From assembly GCA_022707945.1 (NCBI GenBank), contig JAKIZQ010000001.1, positions 3,120-39,094 on the forward strand: a stretch of DNA of 35,975 bases. The letters are read 5' to 3'. Each line of letters opens with the position of its first letter. The stretch's first letter is position 1. Made by a program: the position numbers and the translations under genes. Origin of the DNA: Bdellovibrionales bacterium (GTDB taxonomy: Bacteria > Bdellovibrionota > JAFGOL01). The notes under the pieces are model-generated. The model was not told where the DNA came from and did not search any database. It saw only the letters and a list, made by a program, of their open reading frames with translations. Shown in pieces: positions 25,799-35,687 of this stretch.

Positions 25799-26173
25799 CT
25801 AACGTAAACATTCCTTTATGACAATGCCAGTGTCATTGTTAGTAGCTTTTTCTATTAAGATAGCTTTTTTCATTCTGCATTTGTGCATATCTTTATTTTC
25901 AATCTTTCTGTTGTCTTTTGGTTTAGTGCAATAGCAATCTTCTAAGAACATTCTGCGTCCATCTATACATATTTCTTTTTCGAATTCTAGTAGTGCATCT
26001 TTTAAATTTTTTGCTTTTAATTCTTTAATATTAGACCCTGTGCATTTTGGCTTATATCCATTTGTTAGTTTACATCCACAGTTCTCTACAAAATCAGAAA
26101 GTTTATAAAAATATTCTTGTGAGTTTATAGAAAAAGTAACAACTGATAATGATAATAAAATTATTTTTTTCAT
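25799..26173 (-). CDS. secreted Cys-rich small protein, hypothetical
   Basis: ATG at 26173 has AAGGTG 6 nt upstream. The signal peptide is MKKIILLSLSVVTFSINS. The roughly 105-aa mature part is Lys-rich with 9 Cys (CGC, C, C, CYC, C, C). I recognised no family. Confidence 0.5.
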   Translation of the reverse strand: MKKIILLSLSVVTFSINSQEYFYKLSDFVENCGCKLTNGYKPKCTGSNIKELKAKNLKDALLEFEKEICIDGRRMFLEDCYCTKPKDNRKIENKDMHKCRMKKAILIEKATNNDTGIVIKECLR

Positions 26174-26198
26174 GATAAGCACCTTTTAATCATTATTC

Positions 26199-27302
26199 TT
26201 ATCTTGGGTCTTTTGCTATTTCGTTGACGGTATCAAGGTCTGGCAGTTCTTTATCTTTTGCGCTACCAACACCAAGTTCCTTGAACTTTCTTGCAGATAT
26301 AAGTACTCTTGATTCCATAGAAGATAGAGTATCGTTATATTTTTTAACTGCAGAATTAAGTTCTTTACCCAGCCCATTAAAATGTTCTGTCATGGTGGAT
26401 AACCTTTCAAATAATTCGCTGCCAAGCTGAGCTATTTTGTTTGCATTTTCTTCTATGGTCTGCTGTTTCCATCCATATGCAACAGCTTTTAATAATGCAA
26501 TAAGTGTGGTGGGTGTTGCTATTAGAACTTTATTCTCTACGCCAAGCTCTATTAAACCAGGCTCGTAATCAAGCGCAGAACTAAAAAGGTTTTCACCGGG
26601 AAGAAAGAGAACAACAAAGTCAGGTGTGTGGTCGAATTGGTTCCAATATTCTTTTTTTCTTAACTCATCTATTCTTGCCTTAACCTGTGCAGAGTGGTGT
26701 TTTAGTTTTGCCTCTTGGGCAACTGGATCACTTTCTGATACAGCATCTAAATATGAATCAAGAGGGACTTTTGAATCTACAACTATTTGTCTTCCAGATG
26801 GCAGTTTGATTATCATATCAGGGCGTAGTTTTGCTTCTTTTTCATTAGTAACAGTTTGTTGTAGTTCAAAATCACAGTATTCCTGCATTCCTGCTAGCTC
26901 TACGACCCTTTTAAGCTGTATTTCTCCCCAACGTCCACGAACGTGAGGTTTTCTTAAAGCTGTTACAAGGTTGCCTGTCTCTTTTTTGAGACCATCGCTG
27001 AGTGCGAACAATCTTGATATTTCACTTTTAAGTACGTCTTGCGTTCCTCTTCTTTCTTTTTCTATTTCATGTATCTTGTTGTCTAGCTTATCTAGGGTCT
27101 CTTTTAGTGGATTAACTATTACAGAAAAAGTTTCATTGTTGGACTTTAATGCATCAGATGATAAAGCCTTAAAAGTGTCTTTTAAATTATCTTCAACATA
27201 ATTAAGCTTGTCTTTTAGTGATTTAACTCTTTCCTGATAAATCATATAAACGGCCAAGGCTCCAAGAGCTATACCAAAAACTATACCTACTATAGTCCAC
27301 AT
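26199..27302 (-). CDS. rmuC: DNA recombination protein RmuC
   Basis: 367 aa with an N-terminal TM helix and a coiled coil. RGRWGEIQLKRVVELAGM...CDF, PDMIIKLPSGRQIVVDSKVPL, DFVVLFLPGE and IATPTTLIALLKAVAYGW are RmuC signatures. Confidence 0.9.
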   Translation of the reverse strand: MWTIVGIVFGIALGALAVYMIYQERVKSLKDKLNYVEDNLKDTFKALSSDALKSNNETFSVIVNPLKETLDKLDNKIHEIEKERRGTQDVLKSEISRLFALSDGLKKETGNLVTALRKPHVRGRWGEIQLKRVVELAGMQEYCDFELQQTVTNEKEAKLRPDMIIKLPSGRQIVVDSKVPLDSYLDAVSESDPVAQEAKLKHHSAQVKARIDELRKKEYWNQFDHTPDFVVLFLPGENLFSSALDYEPGLIELGVENKVLIATPTTLIALLKAVAYGWKQQTIEENANKIAQLGSELFERLSTMTEHFNGLGKELNSAVKKYNDTLSSMESRVLISARKFKELGVGSAKDKELPDLDTVNEIAKDPR

Positions 27303-27318
27303 AAATACTCCTTGTACT

Positions 27319-30273
27319 CTATACCTTATACTCTTTGCAAGCGGTTACGTCCACTATGCTTGCAAAGACCTTTTTGTTAGGGAATGCTTTTTCTGCAAAC
27401 TTAACGTAACAAGCTATTTGGGCTTGATATGCAGGAAGTTCTTTTTCTTCAACAGCGGTCTTGTAATCAAGCACCCATACACTATCTTCATAGAGGTTTA
27501 TCCTGTCTATTCTGCCAGATAATATCTTGTTCTGGTCTTTTACTATGAAGCTGTGCTCACAAAGATATTTTTTTGCAGAAAAGATTCTTTGCCCAAGATC
27601 TGAACTCACAAAAGCTTCTATTACGGAAGAGATACTTTCTTTTGCGTCCACTCGTATTGAATCATATATTTTTTGAAGCTCGTCTTTTTTGTCAAAGTTC
27701 TCTAGTAAACTATGTATTATGGTCCCTATACCAACAATTTCGGAGGATCTTTTCTTATCGTATTGTATAAGGCTATCTCTTATAAAAGAGACAGAGTATC
27801 TTTGTATAAATTGTTCTTGGTAGCCTTTATCTAATTTTTTGTTTAGTGTTGGATCCTTTATTGTTCTTAATATCTTTCTTTTTGGAGAGGTGTTGTTGGC
27901 TGATTCCTGAACTTGATATTCTTCTATTTTATCTTTAAAGATCTCAGCTATCCAATCAACCCAACGCTTTCCAGCCACACCCTTGTTGCCTTTATTGAAG
28001 TCACTTATTAAATATAACTCATCTTTTGCTCTGGTCATTGCAACATAAAGAAGCCTTTTTGATTCTGCAAGATCTGCTTCTTCTTCATAGTCCTTTATAT
28101 CTTTATATAGCACGGTACTTAATTTTGTATTACTTTCATCATCTCCAAGTTTAACTGCAATATCACCGTCGTCAGATATTACTATAGAGTCTCTTGCTGT
28201 AAGAGGAATATTATCTAAACAGGGCATTAATACTAGTTTAAATTCCAGCCCTTTTGATGCATGGACTGTCATTAACTTTACGGCATCTGTTTTTGTTCCT
28301 ATTTCTTGCAGTTTCATTTTATATAGAAAATTCAAAAAATATTCTATTCCTTCTCCCTCAGATTCTACGTGCATAGCGGCTCTTAATATTGCTTCTTCTG
28401 CTCCTGCATCCTGGCCTGAGAACATTAACGCTGAACCTTGTATAAATTGTGATCTTCTTAGTACTTCTGTAACGAATTCCGTAAAACTTCCTTCGTCTTT
28501 TTTTGCTAATATGCCATGAAGAAAACTCTTTATAGGATGCTCATCTAACGATTGTTCTAGAGATTGCCAAATAGATAGAGATTCTTTTTTTATGGAATAG
28601 ATATCTTGCTCACTGGTATAGAATGTTGGCAGTTTAAGCACTTCAAGCATACTAAGATCATCGTTTGGGTCTAAAATAATATTAAAAAGGCTGCTAAAAC
28701 TACTCAAAAGATCGTTTCTGCTCTCTCCTCCATAGACTACAAAGGGAATGCCTTTATCACGGAACAGTTTTTCGAACTCAGACATGTGTTTTGAAGCACG
28801 GAACAATAATGCTATATCACCGTAAGATCTTCCTTCTTTTCTTGCTTTATTGATAAGTTCTAAACAGATTTTTGCTTCTAGCTCATGGTCGAAAGAGTTG
28901 TGGTGTTTTGTCCCAGAGCTTGCATTTATTATTTTTACTATTCCGCCAATTTTATCTTTTTCAGGATGAAATTTTAAATAATTTGCCTCAAAATCCTTTC
29001 TTTTTGTTTTGCTATGGCTGTGTCCAAATATCAACGGAAAAGCTGTATTTACAGCCTCGACTATATTGGCCAGACACCTTCTGTTAGTACTTAGTTCTTC
29101 TAATTCATGCTCGTTGCATTTATTTTGTGTGTCTATAAAAACCCGTACATCTGCATTTCTGAATCTGTATATGGATTGTTTTGGGTCGCCAACCACAAAA
29201 ACATTCTTTGCTATACAGAAAAGAACGTCACGTTGTGTTGTGTTAGTATCCTGGAATTCATCTACAAAGATGTAGTCGTATTTATCTTGATAATACTTGG
29301 CTACTTTGGGGTTCTTGTTTATTAGTTCATGTGTTTTTATTTCTATATCGTTATAACTAAGGACATCCAGTTCTGATTTTCGTTGTTCATTAGCTTTGTG
29401 AGTTTCTAAGAACAGTTCAAAAAATAATTTTCTGAACTTTGATGCTTGTTCTGAGGTCCAATTCTCTCCAAGTCTATAATCAAGGATTTTATTTCTTATT
29501 TCGTTGAGTCTTTTGAGTCCAGTCTTTACCTGTAACTGTTCTTCTTCTGAATCCCAATTTTTTTTACTGCCCTTTACTCTGTTGTCATATTCAATTAAAC
29601 TCTTAAACAATTCTATATTGTCGTAGAAAGAATTTGTAGTAGTGACTGGTCTAAGTGCTTTTACTACCTCCAGTACTTGTATCCTGAGTTGTTCCAAACT
29701 GTCTTGGTCTTTGCCTTTAAAATTTTTGATAGGATATATGACTTCTTGCTCAAAGTTATCAGGCATTAGTTCTTTTAGTTTGTTATATTGAGCCTGTTTT
29801 TCTTGTTTTAGTAATTCTTTTTCATCTATAGATATCTTGTTTTGTATTCTTGAATAGTTTTTTTCCATCTTTAATAACATTTCTATTATGTTGTTAAATT
29901 CATATTCTGCAAAAAAGTTTTCATGCTCAATAGATCCAAGTTTTTTTAACATTATTTTTACAGCAGTATCTTTGAATAATTTTGATTCGTCGAATTCCTC
30001 TAATATTTTGAAGTTAGCACTTTGTTTGAAATATATTGATTGTTCCCTTAGTATGCTGGCAAAAAAACCATGTATTGTGTTTACATTTATGTCTCCGAGG
30101 TCTTTTACCTTGTTCTTTATGTCTCGTGTTGCCGCCCTTGTAAAAGTTATTGCTACTACTTTTTCTACAGGGGTATCCTTGAGTACATTGTTTATATTTT
30201 GAATGAGAGTATAAGTCTTTCCTGTGCCGGCAGAAGCGCTGATCAGTTTCAATTTTGGTTTAAACTGTTCCAC
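27319..30273 (-). CDS. addA: ATP-dependent helicase/nuclease subunit A (AddA/RecB-like UvrD-family helicase with C-terminal PD-(D/E)xK nuclease)
   Basis: Motifs seen are Walker A SASAGTGKTYTL, motif II VDEFQDTN, VGDPKQSIYRFRNA, TVHASKGLEF, YVAMTRAKDELYL, and the nuclease motif GRIDRINLYEDSVWVLDYKT. The likely start is GTG at 30273 with AGGAGG 4 nt upstream. An alternative is ATG at 30312. The track's 30369 start lies deep inside addB. Confidence 0.85.
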   Translation of the reverse strand: MEQFKPKLKLISASAGTGKTYTLIQNINNVLKDTPVEKVVAITFTRAATRDIKNKVKDLGDINVNTIHGFFASILREQSIYFKQSANFKILEEFDESKLFKDTAVKIMLKKLGSIEHENFFAEYEFNNIIEMLLKMEKNYSRIQNKISIDEKELLKQEKQAQYNKLKELMPDNFEQEVIYPIKNFKGKDQDSLEQLRIQVLEVVKALRPVTTTNSFYDNIELFKSLIEYDNRVKGSKKNWDSEEEQLQVKTGLKRLNEIRNKILDYRLGENWTSEQASKFRKLFFELFLETHKANEQRKSELDVLSYNDIEIKTHELINKNPKVAKYYQDKYDYIFVDEFQDTNTTQRDVLFCIAKNVFVVGDPKQSIYRFRNADVRVFIDTQNKCNEHELEELSTNRRCLANIVEAVNTAFPLIFGHSHSKTKRKDFEANYLKFHPEKDKIGGIVKIINASSGTKHHNSFDHELEAKICLELINKARKEGRSYGDIALLFRASKHMSEFEKLFRDKGIPFVVYGGESRNDLLSSFSSLFNIILDPNDDLSMLEVLKLPTFYTSEQDIYSIKKESLSIWQSLEQSLDEHPIKSFLHGILAKKDEGSFTEFVTEVLRRSQFIQGSALMFSGQDAGAEEAILRAAMHVESEGEGIEYFLNFLYKMKLQEIGTKTDAVKLMTVHASKGLEFKLVLMPCLDNIPLTARDSIVISDDGDIAVKLGDDESNTKLSTVLYKDIKDYEEEADLAESKRLLYVAMTRAKDELYLISDFNKGNKGVAGKRWVDWIAEIFKDKIEEYQVQESANNTSPKRKILRTIKDPTLNKKLDKGYQEQFIQRYSVSFIRDSLIQYDKKRSSEIVGIGTIIHSLLENFDKKDELQKIYDSIRVDAKESISSVIEAFVSSDLGQRIFSAKKYLCEHSFIVKDQNKILSGRIDRINLYEDSVWVLDYKTAVEEKELPAYQAQIACYVKFAEKAFPNKKVFASIVDVTACKEYKV

Positions 30274-32794
30274 AGCACCTCCTATAACTACACTTTTCAC
30301 AATCTTCAACATCCATTGGTTGTGGTGAGTATGAACCGTTGAGTAAACCTTTAATGGCATCGATGCCATGTATAGAAAAAAGTTTTTGGACTTCTTCTAA
30401 CGAGTCTGTCTCTAATTCAGAATGTTCATGGTTTTTTATGCTTATATAGTATGCATTATATCCGTCGTAATTTGGGTATTCATTGGCTATTGCCATTATA
30501 TAAACAGCAAGTTGAATGTCTTTGCCGGTATTTATCTCTGTTTTACTAGGGATACTTGATGTTTTATAGTCTGCAATATAGAGTTTGTTGTTCTTCTTAT
30601 CTATATCTATTCTATCAACAGTCCCATGTAATGGCATACCATTAGTTATATCCAAGCTTACTTTAAATTTTAGTTCAGTGTTCTTGAAAATTTCAAGTTT
30701 TCTTTCTTTCATATATTTGAATTCAGCATCTAATATCTTTTTTATTATATTGGTGTAATATTTTATAAATATATTTTTTAGTGGATGTTGACTTAGTCCT
30801 TTTAAGTCATTGGTATTAAAGATCTGTGTCATTTCTTGTTCTACGTCTATATTTTTGTTATCTAGCTTTTTAGGCAATAGTATTTCTAATGCTGTATGAA
30901 GCAGTCTCCCTGCATCTATTGGAGTAAGTCCAAATTCTATACTGTTCTGTTGTTGTGTTTTTAAAAGTCTTTCTGCAAAACAAATATAGGGGCATTTCAT
31001 ATATGTTTCTATAAGGGAAGCACTTAAAAAATCATATTTATGTGGTATTTTTATCTCTTCTGGGGTGAGTTCTGTAATAGCAGTTTCTAATATTTTTGGA
31101 GCTGTTTTTGTCTCCTTTATTACATGGAGGTCTTTTAAAATATCAGCTACTGGACCTATGCTAGATATGAAGGAACAGTTTTCGTGTTTACACGCATCTT
31201 GGATTATCTTTTCTGATAAGATGGCTGTTTCTTTGGAACTTGGATATATGAAACCTTCACTTCTATATGCGAGGATAAAATTATCGTTCATTACGACATC
31301 CTCTTGTTTCATTTCTGCTATCGCTTCTTGATTTAATCCAACGAACCAAGTCTTTTTTGCTGTGTTGGCAGAGCAAAGAGAGGCTAAAGTCACATATAAA
31401 GGTTTAAAGTTTATTGGACCTTTTTCTACATAATTCTCTTCTGCATGATTATATATTTTCCTTACATAAGAATTGGCGTTGATTATTTTATCGTCCAAAC
31501 TTTCCGTTACCCTTTCTATAAGGTTAATTATGCTCTTTATCTCAAGGGATTTTTGAATGTTTAATTTATTCGTGAATGTTTTAAGTGCTTTATTAAAATC
31601 ACTTGGGTAAGCCTTTAGCGGTACAGTATTTACAACACTATCAAAAAAACTTTTTATTTCTAAAAATTCCTTTTCTCCAGCAAGTGATAACCAAGCCTTA
31701 TGACCTCTTGGTAGTGTTAATCCTTGTTTTGCCTTATTGATGAATTTTAAGACGGTATTATTGTCTTTCCAAAAATGCTTAAAGTTAAGTATTTTTGTTA
31801 CATCCTCGTAAGTCCATTCATTCAAATTAAGGCTTATAAGCGTGCAAAGGATGTTAAGAGAACTGGTTCTGTCCAATCTTATAGCAGAACTTATAGAGAC
31901 TTTGTCTTCTCCAAAGTGATATCGTAAAAGGGAGTAATACATGTCTACATCATTCGTTGCATAGATTGCTCCTCCGTCTTTACCAAATTGCGTGGCTGCA
32001 TAATATAATTCGTCATTCATGTTCTGAAACTCATATATTAATGGTTTTGTTATTCTAGTGTCTTTGATTTCTGATATTGTAAAATATAAAGACAAAAATT
32101 CTTCTTTTAATATTTTGCTATAATCTGTATCGGTGTTAAATATTTCTGGACTTACAACAAAAGTGTTAAGTGCTTTTTTTGATATAGCTCCAATTATCTC
32201 AAGGTCATAAGAGGTAAATTCGTTAAAACCAGCAAATATATATGTTCCGCTTGGATCTATTAACTTAGAGTTTAGATCTAATGCTTCATCTATAAATGCT
32301 TTTTTGTAGTCTGCGGTATCCCATACATCATTATCTTGAAGAAATTTTTGATATTCTCTAAAAACTTCTACCAGTATTTGTCCTTCTCTGTCTTTTCTTT
32401 TATTCAAAAGTTCTATGTATGAATCTTCAAAATTTGCATTCTTTAATTCGAGAACGGTGTTTAATAGTGGTCTGCAAAGGTTCCTTGGAAAAAGATTGTG
32501 AAAATGCTCTGATAGTTTTATTTGATCTACCCTCTGTTTTAATCCAAGTTTTGCTTTTGCTCGCAAGATGCTTTGAGGGAAAGAGGATATGCCATATATG
32601 TTAACGCCGTCTATAAAGTCCCTGTCACGAAGCAGTAATTCCTCTAGTTTTGAGGGGTCTATGTGTTTTGGTAATATTACGGTGGTGTTACCGTTTGTGT
32701 TGTTGGCAGAGATCAACTCTTTTGTGTAAAACAAACAGTCTAAAGGGTTCTTAAGTGCAAAGAATATCTTTTGGACATCCATACTCATGCCCAT
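30260..32794 (-). CDS. addB: helicase/nuclease subunit B (AddB-type, PD-(D/E)xK nuclease with Fe-S cysteines)
   Basis: 844 aa. The nuclease motif is GTVDRIDIDKKNNKLYIADYKTS. Cys ligands occur at MKCPYICFAERL and CEKCSYRRCC (C-x2-C-x5-C). It lies directly upstream of and overlapping addA. No Walker A motif is visible in the N-terminal domain. Confidence 0.8.
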   Translation of the reverse strand: MGMSMDVQKIFFALKNPLDCLFYTKELISANNTNGNTTVILPKHIDPSKLEELLLRDRDFIDGVNIYGISSFPQSILRAKAKLGLKQRVDQIKLSEHFHNLFPRNLCRPLLNTVLELKNANFEDSYIELLNKRKDREGQILVEVFREYQKFLQDNDVWDTADYKKAFIDEALDLNSKLIDPSGTYIFAGFNEFTSYDLEIIGAISKKALNTFVVSPEIFNTDTDYSKILKEEFLSLYFTISEIKDTRITKPLIYEFQNMNDELYYAATQFGKDGGAIYATNDVDMYYSLLRYHFGEDKVSISSAIRLDRTSSLNILCTLISLNLNEWTYEDVTKILNFKHFWKDNNTVLKFINKAKQGLTLPRGHKAWLSLAGEKEFLEIKSFFDSVVNTVPLKAYPSDFNKALKTFTNKLNIQKSLEIKSIINLIERVTESLDDKIINANSYVRKIYNHAEENYVEKGPINFKPLYVTLASLCSANTAKKTWFVGLNQEAIAEMKQEDVVMNDNFILAYRSEGFIYPSSKETAILSEKIIQDACKHENCSFISSIGPVADILKDLHVIKETKTAPKILETAITELTPEEIKIPHKYDFLSASLIETYMKCPYICFAERLLKTQQQNSIEFGLTPIDAGRLLHTALEILLPKKLDNKNIDVEQEMTQIFNTNDLKGLSQHPLKNIFIKYYTNIIKKILDAEFKYMKERKLEIFKNTELKFKVSLDITNGMPLHGTVDRIDIDKKNNKLYIADYKTSSIPSKTEINTGKDIQLAVYIMAIANEYPNYDGYNAYYISIKNHEHSELETDSLEEVQKLFSIHGIDAIKGLLNGSYSPQPMDVEDCEKCSYRRCCGTV

Positions 32795-32808
32795 ATAGCA
32801 CAGTTAGT

Positions 32809-32904
32809 TTATTTTTTCTTTAGTATCTTTATAAAAAATCTTACGACGAAAAATGTCACTACGAACCATACAGAAAGCATTAATATTAAGGCAGGGGTGC
32901 TCAT
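32809..32904 (-). CDS. 31-aa hydrophobic peptide, candidate small subunit of the upstream NSS transporter
   Basis: The ATG at 32904 overlaps the transporter TGA (ATGA). It encodes MSTPALILMLSVWFVVTFFVVRFFIKILKKK, one TM helix plus a basic tail, and ends at TAA 32811-32809. It is absent from the ORF track. Confidence 0.45.
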   Translation of the reverse strand: MSTPALILMLSVWFVVTFFVVRFFIKILKKK

Positions 32905-34547
32905 CTTGTTCTTTTCCTCCTTGTTTTTTTCTTGAATGCAATATGTATGGCTACACCAACACCCATAAATACAGCTAACAGGAGTAGTCTTGTCGCATCT
33001 TTTATAAAGATCGTTGTTGGAAGACCATCAATGAACCAACGTTTATCACTTACACCTGTGTTAAAGATCATTCCTATCAAACTGTCTGGGGCAAAAGGCC
33101 ATCCTTCGCCAGTTACTAGAGAATAAAATGCATTACCCCATTCACCACCCAAAGGTTTAATGGTAGAACCAACAAAGACTGCGATAAGGAATACTGGTGT
33201 TATATATTTTATTACGAACTTAAAAAAGACTGGTATTTTTACGTCGGCACCTCTGTTTATTTCTTTCCATGCTTTGTTGGATCCAAATATCCATACAAAT
33301 ATTATCGTCTCACCTAAAGCAAACACCACTAAAGAAAAAGTACCAGCCCAATAGTCGTATTCGCCAAAAGCTCCAGCCTCATAAAAAAGTACTGCAGGTG
33401 CAGAAAGTAAGAGGACTAGTACTCCAAGTATCAATGAAGAAGCTCCTCTTTTTATCTTAAAACTATCTTCCATAAAAGCCATTACAGGTTGTCCCATGGC
33501 CAAGGAACTTGTTACTCCAGCAAAGAATAATAATCCGAACCAAGAAAGTCCGGCTATGGTCGCAAGTATTGGTCCCCAGTTCTGGAACAGTGTTGGCATG
33601 GTCCTAAATCCCATTTCAAAACCAACATTAGCCTGTATCCAGTCAAGCCCAAGGTAAGACACAGCGATAGGAACTATTATTGATGCTCCAAGAACTATCT
33701 CTACGAACTCATTTGTAAAGCCAGCAGCGAGTGAGTTTAACGCTATATCATCATTCTTTTTTAGATATGCGGCATAGCATTGTATACAACCCATTCCAAC
33801 TGAAAGGGTAAAGAATACCTGCCCCGCAGCGGCGAGCCATACCTTTGGATTATATAGAGAATCAAAATTTGGATACCAAAGAAAGTTAAGCCCAACAGAA
33901 GCATTATTTATTGCTCCATTTTCTCCAGCATCTAAAGTCAAGGCCCTAACGGTTAAAAGTATGGCAAAAATGAAAAGAAGAGGCATACCTATCTTGGCAG
34001 CCATTTCTATTCCTTTGTTTACGCCCCTAGAGAGTACCCAAATATTTAGTGCCAAGGTTATTAGAAAAAATAAGATGGCTTGTTCAGAAAAGTTAATTAT
34101 AGTGCCTGTTCCTGTGCCAAGGTAACTATCAAAATATGAAGAGACCTGATGCATGTCCATGCCAGAGAAAGTCCCACTTATTGAATGCCAGACGTATCCC
34201 AGCGTCCATGATTCTATGTATGCATAGTACGACATTATTGCAAGATTGGTAAATATACCGAATATACCAAAGTATTTTAGCCATCTTTGTTTTCCAAGTT
34301 CTTTTAACATTCCAGGTGCTGAGTGGTGGCCAAATTGTCCACCAAAACGCCCCATTGACCATTCTATCCAAAGCAGAGGAATGCCCATCAACACAAAAGA
34401 AACTATGTATGGAATAATGAATGCTCCACCACCGTTTTGCACCGCTTGTGCTGGAAAACGTAAAAAATTTCCAAGCCCTACGGCGTTACCAGCCATAGCA
34501 AGTATTAGTCCAAGTCTAGAACCCCAATGCTCTTTTTGTATTGCCAT
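32901..34547 (-). CDS. sodium-dependent transporter, NSS/SNF family
   Basis: WGSRLGLILAMAGNAVGLGNFLRFP is the NSS TM1 signature, and there are about 12 TM helices. The likely start is ATG at 34547 (MAIQKEHW...) with AAGGGAG 5 nt upstream. The track's 34637 start would overlap ispG. Confidence 0.9.
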   Translation of the reverse strand: MAIQKEHWGSRLGLILAMAGNAVGLGNFLRFPAQAVQNGGGAFIIPYIVSFVLMGIPLLWIEWSMGRFGGQFGHHSAPGMLKELGKQRWLKYFGIFGIFTNLAIMSYYAYIESWTLGYVWHSISGTFSGMDMHQVSSYFDSYLGTGTGTIINFSEQAILFFLITLALNIWVLSRGVNKGIEMAAKIGMPLLFIFAILLTVRALTLDAGENGAINNASVGLNFLWYPNFDSLYNPKVWLAAAGQVFFTLSVGMGCIQCYAAYLKKNDDIALNSLAAGFTNEFVEIVLGASIIVPIAVSYLGLDWIQANVGFEMGFRTMPTLFQNWGPILATIAGLSWFGLLFFAGVTSSLAMGQPVMAFMEDSFKIKRGASSLILGVLVLLLSAPAVLFYEAGAFGEYDYWAGTFSLVVFALGETIIFVWIFGSNKAWKEINRGADVKIPVFFKFVIKYITPVFLIAVFVGSTIKPLGGEWGNAFYSLVTGEGWPFAPDSLIGMIFNTGVSDKRWFIDGLPTTIFIKDATRLLLLAVFMGVGVAIHIAFKKKTRRKRTR

Positions 34548-34624
34548 AATAACTCCCTTGAATGTTATTATAATTGCTAAACTAGACATTGCCAAAAGAC
34601 TTTTGCCGTAATAATTGAAGAAAT

Positions 34625-35668
34625 ATGCAAAAAGCACGAACGCGTGAAATTAATTTGGGTGGACTAAAACTTGGAGGAAACAATCCAATAAGGGTGCAGT
34701 CCATGACCAATACTGATACTTCAAAATTCCTTGAGACATGGACACAGGTGGAACAACTTGCTCTTGCTGGCTGTGAGATAATAAGAATAGGCGTTAAGGA
34801 TGAAAAATGCATAGATCCTTTTATTAAGATACAGGAGCAAACAAAAGTTCCGTTAGTTGCAGACATACATTTTAATGCCGATCTTGCAATAGAGTGCATA
34901 AAACGTGGTGCAGATGGTATTAGGATAAATCCGGGCAATATTGGTAGTGTTGATACAGTCGAAAAAATAATCCAAACAGCAAAGAACAGTAAAGTTTGTA
35001 TAAGAATAGGTGTTAATTCTGGTTCTTTGGAAAAAGAACTACTTAAGAAATATGGACATCCTTGTCCAGAAGCTTTGGCTGAGTCTGCTCTTAATTGGGC
35101 AAAGTTCTTTGAGGATTGTGGCTTTTATAATTTTAAACTTTCAATTAAATCTTCAAACATAGAGGAAATGGTAAAGGCAAATCTACTGGTAGCAGAAAAA
35201 ACTACAGCCCCTTTACATTTAGGACTTACAGAAGCAGGGACTTTAATAAGTGGTTTGATACGTTCAACACTTGGTCTTTCTAAACTACTTGAGCAAGGTA
35301 TAGGTGATACTATAAGAATTTCTTTATCCAGCGACCCTGTTAATGAGGTCATAGCTGGTAGAGAACTTTTGAAGAGTTTAAAACTTAGGACTGGGGTTCA
35401 GGTAATATCATGCCCCACCTGTACGAGAACAGAAATAGATGTAATGAACATAGCAGAACGTCTTGAAATGGAGTTTTCTAATGTTGAAGTGCCTATTAAA
35501 ATAGCTGTTATGGGTTGTGTCGTTAATGGACCCGGAGAAGCTAAAGAGGCTGATTTTGGCATTGCTGGAGGGATTAAAGAAGGGTTGCTTTTTGCAAAAG
35601 GTGAAATTGTGAAAAAAGTTCCGGAAGAACTATTAGTTAAGGAACTGCTTGCTCTTATGAAGAGATAA
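34625..35668 (+). CDS. ispG: 4-hydroxy-3-methylbut-2-en-1-yl diphosphate synthase (flavodoxin), MEP pathway
   Basis: 347 aa. GGNNPIRVQSMTNTDT, VPLVADIHF, RINPGNIG, IRIGVNSGSL, and the Fe-S Cys residues in ISCPTCTR and GCVVNGPGE are IspG/GcpE signatures. Confidence 0.95.
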   Translation: MQKARTREINLGGLKLGGNNPIRVQSMTNTDTSKFLETWTQVEQLALAGCEIIRIGVKDEKCIDPFIKIQEQTKVPLVADIHFNADLAIECIKRGADGIRINPGNIGSVDTVEKIIQTAKNSKVCIRIGVNSGSLEKELLKKYGHPCPEALAESALNWAKFFEDCGFYNFKLSIKSSNIEEMVKANLLVAEKTTAPLHLGLTEAGTLISGLIRSTLGLSKLLEQGIGDTIRISLSSDPVNEVIAGRELLKSLKLRTGVQVISCPTCTRTEIDVMNIAERLEMEFSNVEVPIKIAVMGCVVNGPGEAKEADFGIAGGIKEGLLFAKGEIVKKVPEELLVKELLALMKR

Positions 35669-35687
35669 GAAAATATATAAATGATAA

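Noticed and set aside
25778-25806. Plus-strand TTGACA (25778-25783) as a promoter antisense to the Cys-rich gene
   Set aside because: The best -10 candidates at 16-17 nt spacing (TAACGT/AACGTA) are poor. The hexamer is more simply explained as the inverted partner of the minus-strand TTGACA (TGTCAA-N14-TTGACA).
30274-30369. Upstream extension of addA to the ATG at 30369
   Set aside because: It would overlap addB by 110 bp and adds non-conserved residues. GTG at 30273 is preceded by AGGAGG, and the Walker A motif follows about 14 residues later, as is usual for UvrD-type helicases.
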